NCBI GenBank assembly: GCA_038888155.1 | Contig: JAWAJB010000001.1 | Location: 160,001-224,000 of the forward strand | Direction of reading: 5' to 3' | Source of the DNA: Desulfurococcaceae archaeon | Lineage (GTDB): Archaea; Thermoproteota; Thermoprotei_A; Sulfolobales; Desulfurococcaceae | Length of the DNA: 64,000 nt | Part shown: positions 58,615 through 64,000 of the stretch, piece after piece | How positions within the stretch are numbered: the stretch's first letter is position 1 | Layout: every line of letters begins with the position of its first letter | The notes under the pieces: model-generated | What the model was told of the DNA's origin: nothing | The model's input: the letters and a program-made list of their open reading frames with translations, nothing else | Databases searched by the model: none | Program-made: the position numbers and the translations under genes

Positions 58615-59319
58615 GTGGAAACTGAGATCTACGTTGGAACTTCTGGTTGGCTGTACGACTGGAATGAAGGGGCTTCGCTTGATTGGTACGTAGAGGAAAG
58701 CGGCCTGAACGCAGTTGAGCTCAACGCTAGCTTCTATAGGTTTCCTTTTAGGAGTCAAGTGAAAAGCTGGTCAATTAAGGGTAGCAAGCTCAAGTGGAGC
58801 GTTAAAGTCCACAGATCTATAACACATATGAGAAGGATGGGAGAGAGATCCACTGAAATTTGGCAGAAATTCTACGAGGTCTTTAAGGAAATGGACAACT
58901 TAATTGACTTCTACTTATTTCAGCTCCCCCCTAACTACGCGTGCAGGGAAGAGAGCCTAGAGAGGATAAGCCAGTTCAATCAAAAAACTGAGCTAGGCCT
59001 CAAGATGGCTGTTGAATTCAGACACGCTTCGTGTTTTAACGAAGGAGTAGCGAAGTGGGCCGAAAAAAGTAACATTGCTGTAGTTTCAATTGATGCGCCA
59101 ATAGCTACGTGGATTTCGCCCGCGGGAGGAGTAATCTACTTGAGAATGCACGGAAGAGAGGCTTGGTACGGCTATGAATACAGCGAAGAGGAGCTCAAAG
59201 AGGTAGCCAGGAAAATAGTGGAGCGCGCTCCCAAAAAGGCGTATGTGTTTTTCAATAACAATCACTGGATGTTAAGTAATGCAAGGTACATGAGGGCGGC
59301 GCTAGAGGCCTTAGTATAG
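58615..59319 (+). CDS. DUF72 family protein
   Basis: VGTSGW, VELNASFY, FQLPP, EFRH, YLRMHG, FFNN. Confidence 0.92.
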   Translation: METEIYVGTSGWLYDWNEGASLDWYVEESGLNAVELNASFYRFPFRSQVKSWSIKGSKLKWSVKVHRSITHMRRMGERSTEIWQKFYEVFKEMDNLIDFYLFQLPPNYACREESLERISQFNQKTELGLKMAVEFRHASCFNEGVAKWAEKSNIAVVSIDAPIATWISPAGGVIYLRMHGREAWYGYEYSEEELKEVARKIVERAPKKAYVFFNNNHWMLSNARYMRAALEALV

Positions 59320-59320
59320 T

Positions 59321-60349
59321 TTGGTGTTCGCCTTGAAGGACCTCGGCGAGATATACAGGGATATATATGTAGAGCCGTCGAGAGAGGCCTATGATTTGGC
59401 TTTACGTTATGGTTATATGCCTTACATGGTTCAACGGTACATAGATATACTGGGCCCCAGAGATGCAATTAAGTTGCTCGATTTTTTCGAGAGGCCTGTC
59501 AAACACGTTGTGAGGACAAACACTTCACTAGTAGAGCCAAGTAAATTGAAGAGGAGACTTGAGGAGCTGGGGTTCGAGCTCGAGCAAATACCGTGGAGCC
59601 GCGAGTCTTTCTGGGTTTCAAGGACCCCTTTATCTCCGACGTTGGGATCAACGCATGAGTACCTAAAGGGGTACTACTATGTTCACAGGGACGCAACAAG
59701 CCTTATACCAGTTCTAATGCTAACACATGACTACAGTGGGGATGTCCTAGACGCTTGTGCTGCCCCTGGGGGCAAGGCTACCTATCTAGCGCAAACTTTG
59801 AAAAGGCGAGGCGGTTTAGTCTACGCTAATGACCTTGTCCTAAGCAGGTTGAAAACGATGATAGGGCACTTTATGAGGATGAAACTTGACAACGCTGTTG
59901 TCACTTGGAGCGACGCGCGCAAGCTAAGGGCTAGGTTAATGAAGAAGTTCAAAAGAGTGCTGCTCGATGCTCCTTGTAGCGGTGAGGGGAGGATATCCAT
60001 TGACCCGGGACGGAAGAGCAGGACAAGTCTACTGGATTTGGCTATTATGGTAAAGCGCGAGGTAGAGCTTCTAAATACCCTACTGGACTTAGTTGAACCT
60101 AAGGGGTTGCTGGCGTATATTACTTGTAGCATAGCCCCCGAGGAAAATGAATATGTAGTAAACACTGTTCTCGCTCACAGGGGCGATTTTGAAGTCGTGG
60201 AGCCTCCTCGCAAAGCCCTTGATTATTCTAAGGGCCTAACCGAATACAGACACCTAAAGTTTTTGCCAGAGCTAGAGAACTGCATTAGAATATGGCCCCA
60301 CATACACAGGTTATTTGGGTACAGTATATGTCTCCTGCAAAGAAAGTAG
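59321..60349 (+). CDS. RsmB/NOL1/NOP2/Sun RNA (cytosine-C5) methyltransferase
   Basis: DACAAPGGK, DAPCSG, TCS--PEENE. Confidence 0.94.
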   Translation: MVFALKDLGEIYRDIYVEPSREAYDLALRYGYMPYMVQRYIDILGPRDAIKLLDFFERPVKHVVRTNTSLVEPSKLKRRLEELGFELEQIPWSRESFWVSRTPLSPTLGSTHEYLKGYYYVHRDATSLIPVLMLTHDYSGDVLDACAAPGGKATYLAQTLKRRGGLVYANDLVLSRLKTMIGHFMRMKLDNAVVTWSDARKLRARLMKKFKRVLLDAPCSGEGRISIDPGRKSRTSLLDLAIMVKREVELLNTLLDLVEPKGLLAYITCSIAPEENEYVVNTVLAHRGDFEVVEPPRKALDYSKGLTEYRHLKFLPELENCIRIWPHIHRLFGYSICLLQRK

Positions 60350-60840
60350 CTAAGTTTAAAGCTGGCAGAGCTCCAGAGAACATAGTCGTTGAGCTCAGAG
60401 AGATATTGTCAAGTACATACAGCGCAAATCCTTCAGAGTTCATAGGCGAGAGCGTTAGGTATACTTGCATAAATAATATATGTATACTGTACTGCGGAAA
60501 AGCGCGCACCAATGCATTGAAAATCTTGTACGAGGGCAACTGGGTTGGGCTCTATAACAAGAAGGTCATCGCGCCTTCGATAAGCGTAATTAAAAGCATT
60601 TACAGCAAGTATGGAGTCAAAGCAGCTATTGTAGTTGGAGAGAAGGCCTTGAGGGCATTCCTGTACGGGAATGACATTTTCCCCGAGAGCGTGCATGAAG
60701 TAATACCCCCGAGAAAGTGGCTCTACAGCGTTATAGATCCAGATGATGGAGAAGTTGTAGGCTTTGTGAAATGGAGCCGAGAAAGACGGATTTACGAGAA
60801 TATATACGATGTGGGCATATTCATTAGGGCTCTCAACTAG
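60328..60840 (+). CDS. Nip7-like PUA-domain ribosome biogenesis protein
   Basis: AFLYGND, G-VVG, D-G-FIR tail; ATG 60328 (overlapping the MTase end) preferred. Confidence 0.7.
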   Translation: MSPAKKVAKFKAGRAPENIVVELREILSSTYSANPSEFIGESVRYTCINNICILYCGKARTNALKILYEGNWVGLYNKKVIAPSISVIKSIYSKYGVKAAIVVGEKALRAFLYGNDIFPESVHEVIPPRKWLYSVIDPDDGEVVGFVKWSRERRIYENIYDVGIFIRALN

Positions 60841-61661
60841 ATTGACACCAAGCAGTGTTTTTCGGAGATTCTAGACAGAGCTACGCGCATGTAGTCGGGA
60901 ACTAGTAGATATACTTGTAGGGCTCGCGCCTCGAGGGATGACAACAGCTCACTTGTTGCCTCAATAAGGTTGTTCCTACACGACCCTAAAGTCCCCGTCA
61001 TAGAGGCGAGCTTTAGCCTGTACTTACTCATTAATAGGCCGACAAGGTAGTTTAGTGCGCTTGAGTAGCCCTCGCCGGCATTTCCTCCAACTAAAGCAAT
61101 AGCCTCTTGCGCTCTCTCTGGGTCGCCGAGCAGGGATATCAGCTCGTTTAGAAAATGCGCTGTTTTCTCCAACGAGAGCTGATATCTCAGGTACTGTTCT
61201 TCGGTTATTTCGCCCTTTAAAGCTTCCCTAACTGAGCTCGAGTACTTTAACAACAAAGTAAGGTAGTGGGCAAGCTCGAGGGCCTTCTCTATGCTTATTG
61301 TTTCGCTGTAGTTGCTCAACACTTTGTGTAGCGTATTAATGTAATTAACTGTGTCGCTGTCGCAGTCATTTACGTAAACCCAAAGGGGTCCGCCGCCTAA
61401 AAATAGAAGCTTGTTTGACGTACTGATGTACTTTTTGAGAAGGTCAACGGAGCTCTCCTCTAGAAATGTAAATACTGACACCAAAACAATGCCTGAAAAA
61501 TTGGGGACTGGGATCTCTTCGCCGTAAAGGGACTTCAACTCCTCGCTGATAATTTTTAAGTAGAGCGAACCTCGATGCTCATAGAGTGCGTAGTCCTCGC
61601 CCAATTCTCCCCGCAGAATTAACTCAAGCAGTTTCCTATGACAACACTTATCTAAGCACAC
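60837..61661 (-). CDS. Hypothetical protein
   Basis: 274-aa ORF at the end of the udp-pfkB run; no recognised motif. Confidence 0.6.
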   Translation of the reverse strand: MCLDKCCHRKLLELILRGELGEDYALYEHRGSLYLKIISEELKSLYGEEIPVPNFSGIVLVSVFTFLEESSVDLLKKYISTSNKLLFLGGGPLWVYVNDCDSDTVNYINTLHKVLSNYSETISIEKALELAHYLTLLLKYSSSVREALKGEITEEQYLRYQLSLEKTAHFLNELISLLGDPERAQEAIALVGGNAGEGYSSALNYLVGLLMSKYRLKLASMTGTLGSCRNNLIEATSELLSSLEARALQVYLLVPDYMRVALSRISEKHCLVSI

Positions 61662-61695
61662 AGCGCAGGTGACACCCTGTAGTCATGGGCTTCAG

Positions 61696-62631
61696 CTAAG
61701 GGCATTTATCCACGCCCTGCTCGACGATAGCCTTCTCGAGCTGAGCTTCAAATAGCCGGGGGTCCCAGCACAGAAAGCTTCCCCGGCAACCTATTTTTAG
61801 GGCGCCGGCTGCTACTGCGTACATTAGTGCGACTCCAGGGTCTTTTGATTCAAGGTACTTTGAATTGAAAAAGGCGTCAAACGCGTCACCTGCACCAGTT
61901 GAATCAACTGGCTTCCTGATGGGGTGGGCGCTACCGTGGTAGCAAATTCCGCTCGGCAACCTCACAAATGCTCCTCGAGATCCCATTTTAACTACGAGAA
62001 TGGATAAGCCAAATTTAAAGAAGTTTTCTGCTCTAATCTCCCTTGTGAGCAGCTTAAACTCGCTTTCATTAGTGAACAGTATGTCGACGTCCCTGAGGAT
62101 ATCTCCAGCTTTTCCCCCAAGCGACTCTGCGTAAACGCCTGGATCATAAGTTATAACAACGCCCTTGCGCCTAGCGATCCTAGCGATCCCGCTGACTAAA
62201 TCGGGCTTAACGGACGCCATGTGAATTACGTGCGCTCTAGCCATCAAGTGCTCAGGTACATCGCTGCTTTGAATAAATTCATTCGAGCCAGGGTACTTCA
62301 ACATCGTTCTCTCGCCTTCAGGTAAAATGAGTATAACCACAGAGCCGGGGGGTTGGTTGACCTCTTTAACGTACGTAGTATCTACGCCAAGCTCCTTTAG
62401 GGATTGAAGCGCGCTTTTTACAATGGGGTAGTTGGATGTAGATGCCACTAAGTATGCGCTGTGTCCATACCTTGCAACTGCGACAGCGTAGTTAGTAGCA
62501 GCCCCGCCCGGCCTTATATCAAAATCTTTCACGAGCGTAGAGCTGCCAGGAGGGGGAATGCTATTGATGTAGAGGGCTATATCTAAATTGAAGTTGCCTA
62601 TAGATATATGCGTGTAATTTCTGCTGCTCAT
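61696..62631 (-). CDS. PfkB-family carbohydrate kinase (candidate ribose-1-phosphate/nucleoside kinase)
   Basis: GNFNLD, PGGAATN, GERTM, N-SE, KMGSRG, DSTGAGDAF. Confidence 0.9.
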   Translation of the reverse strand: MSSRNYTHISIGNFNLDIALYINSIPPPGSSTLVKDFDIRPGGAATNYAVAVARYGHSAYLVASTSNYPIVKSALQSLKELGVDTTYVKEVNQPPGSVVILILPEGERTMLKYPGSNEFIQSSDVPEHLMARAHVIHMASVKPDLVSGIARIARRKGVVITYDPGVYAESLGGKAGDILRDVDILFTNESEFKLLTREIRAENFFKFGLSILVVKMGSRGAFVRLPSGICYHGSAHPIRKPVDSTGAGDAFDAFFNSKYLESKDPGVALMYAVAAGALKIGCRGSFLCWDPRLFEAQLEKAIVEQGVDKCP

Positions 62632-62635
62632 GCTG

Positions 62636-63460
62636 CTAGACCCTAGTGAGCCCCTTAATTAAGCTTGGGAACAGAAATCTCTTTCCCTGCCTGCGGATCT
62701 CTTGGTCCCACTCGCTGAGGATTTTCACAGCCTCATTGGCTGCTTTAATTGCGTTATCAACTCCAATGCCGGGAGCGAAATTCCCCGTTTCCCTGTTGGC
62801 GATTGTTGCGCACACAGCCCCAGAGCGTAGCCCGTATATATTGGCTAGTGTGAATATCGCTGATGACTCCATTTCAAAGCTCAGGACGTTAATAGCTCTG
62901 AGGTGCTCTACTAGGCCTTTTTGGAATGGGGGCAGGTAATTCTTAAATCCAGGCCTCTCCTGCCCAACGTAAAAGCTGTCGCTACTTGCAGTTAATCCCA
63001 CATGGTAGGGCAAGCCCAGAGACTCTGCTGCCTCTATTAGCGCTAGGACTACATCGTAGCTTGCTACAGCGGGATACTCGGGCATAACGTAGTGTCTACT
63101 TGTGCCGTCCAGCCTAACTGCCGCAGTGGATATCACTAAATCTCCCAGCGCTATATCCCCCCTCAAAGCCCCCGACGTTCCGACTCTGATGAACACCCTA
63201 GATCCGACCCTTGCGAGCTCCTCTACCGCTATGGCCGCGGAAGGAGCGCCTATCCCTGTACTCGTGGCAGATATAAATACGCCTTTATAGTATCCACTGT
63301 AAGTATTGTACTCTCTATTGGCACTGACGCGCCAGAATTTATCCCAGTGCATTGCTATTAGCGGCACGCGGTTAGGGTCTCCAGGCAAGAGCACGTAATG
63401 GCTTACGTCGCCTGGCTTCAACATTAAATGGTATTGATAGTTATCCCCTGCTGTAGACAC
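62636..63460 (-). CDS. udp: Uridine phosphorylase
   Basis: QYHL, LPGDPNR, STGIGAPS, RVGTSG, SDSFYVGQER, FEMESS. Confidence 0.93.
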   Translation of the reverse strand: MSTAGDNYQYHLMLKPGDVSHYVLLPGDPNRVPLIAMHWDKFWRVSANREYNTYSGYYKGVFISATSTGIGAPSAAIAVEELARVGSRVFIRVGTSGALRGDIALGDLVISTAAVRLDGTSRHYVMPEYPAVASYDVVLALIEAAESLGLPYHVGLTASSDSFYVGQERPGFKNYLPPFQKGLVEHLRAINVLSFEMESSAIFTLANIYGLRSGAVCATIANRETGNFAPGIGVDNAIKAANEAVKILSEWDQEIRRQGKRFLFPSLIKGLTRV

Positions 63461-63476
63461 GCTATTATCCCTCGAG

Positions 63477-64000
63477 TCAAGCAGTGAATTCAGCCTCGCC
63501 TATAAAGTACAGCTCAGCCAACATTTTTTCAAGGTTGAGCACAGCGTAAGAGATGTTGCCCGTAAGTAGTCCACAAGTTTCGCCCGGGTTAATGACGAGC
63601 TTTTGCTCAACTTGCCCTATATATGGTTGGTGGGTGTGGCCATATAGCAATACATCTACTTCGGGAGACCTAGCCAATGCCTCAACTAGCTTCTTTGTAT
63701 TTTCTGCGTCTCCGTAGCCGTGGACTAGCAGTACTCTCCTATTGCTCAGATTTATTAATGCTGGCCCCGGCTTTAGCGTCCATCCATACTGGTTAAAAAG
63801 CGAGAAGAGCGAATAGGTATCTCCATCGTTGTTGCCGAGAACGGCTATTACTTGCGTGTTCCCCAGCAAATTCTTCATTAGCTTAACTGTGAACGGGCTG
63901 ATAATATCCCCTAGGTGTATTACCAACTCCACGTTGTGCTTAATTAACTCTAAAAGCACAGACCTTAGCGCGCGTGTGTTGTCGTGGCTATCGCTGATGA
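63477..64000 (-). CDS. YfcE/MJ0936-family metallophosphoesterase (5' end beyond window)
   Basis: Frame continues to the window edge as ISDSHDN; HLGD, GNND, HG, GHTH, NPG. Confidence 0.92.
   Translation of the reverse strand, partial: ISDSHDNTRALRSVLLELIKHNVELVIHLGDIISPFTVKLMKNLLGNTQVIAVLGNNDGDTYSLFSLFNQYGWTLKPGPALINLSNRRVLLVHGYGDAENTKKLVEALARSPEVDVLLYGHTHQPYIGQVEQKLVINPGETCGLLTGNISYAVLNLEKMLAELYFIGEAEFTA

Noticed and set aside
1771-63290. Many short antisense or alternate-frame ORFs in the track (e.g. 5643-6008, 26899-27336, 38432-38857, 56971-57438)
   Set aside because: They shadow well-supported genes, have Ser/Leu-rich antisense composition and show no recognisable motifs.

Overview
Gene-dense, roughly mid-40s %GC (estimated by eye) chromosomal segment of a hyperthermophilic crenarchaeon, probably Desulfurococcales. 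The basis is reverse gyrase, aIF5A, rpl44e/rps27e, CarS, GGTGA/GAGGTG Shine-Dalgarno sites, TATA promoters and frequent TTG/GTG starts. It is mostly housekeeping. Translation and RNA: serS (3' part), tRNA-Leu(TAG), FAU-1, Clp1 kinase, Nop2/Nip7. DNA metabolism: Lhr and Hrq1/MrfA-like helicases, reverse gyrase. Lipid synthesis: HMG-CoA synthase + DUF35, the AcnX/UbiD genes of the archaeal modified mevalonate pathway, CarS, geranylgeranyl reductase. Transport and metabolism: a peptide ABC transporter, tmk, upp, TldD/E, BirA, NMNAT, AMP phosphorylase and a uridine phosphorylase/PfkB kinase operon. I saw no CRISPR array, transposase, integrase or prophage, and no clearly new multi-gene system. The signals most worth checking are: (1) two box C/D guide sRNAs absent from the ORF track, one with both guides matching conserved 16S rRNA sequences; (2) three genes within 2 kb whose conserved N-termini appear to need non-canonical starts (ACG, ATA, CTG); (3) a long inverted repeat with alternative pairings upstream of NMNAT; (4) a structured-RNA candidate after serS; (5) a small membrane protein resembling eukaryotic PIG-P/DPM2; (6) a recurrent TTGTNACAA palindrome at three promoters; (7) several apparent pseudo-enzymes. 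All family assignments come from motif recognition by eye; no database search was run.
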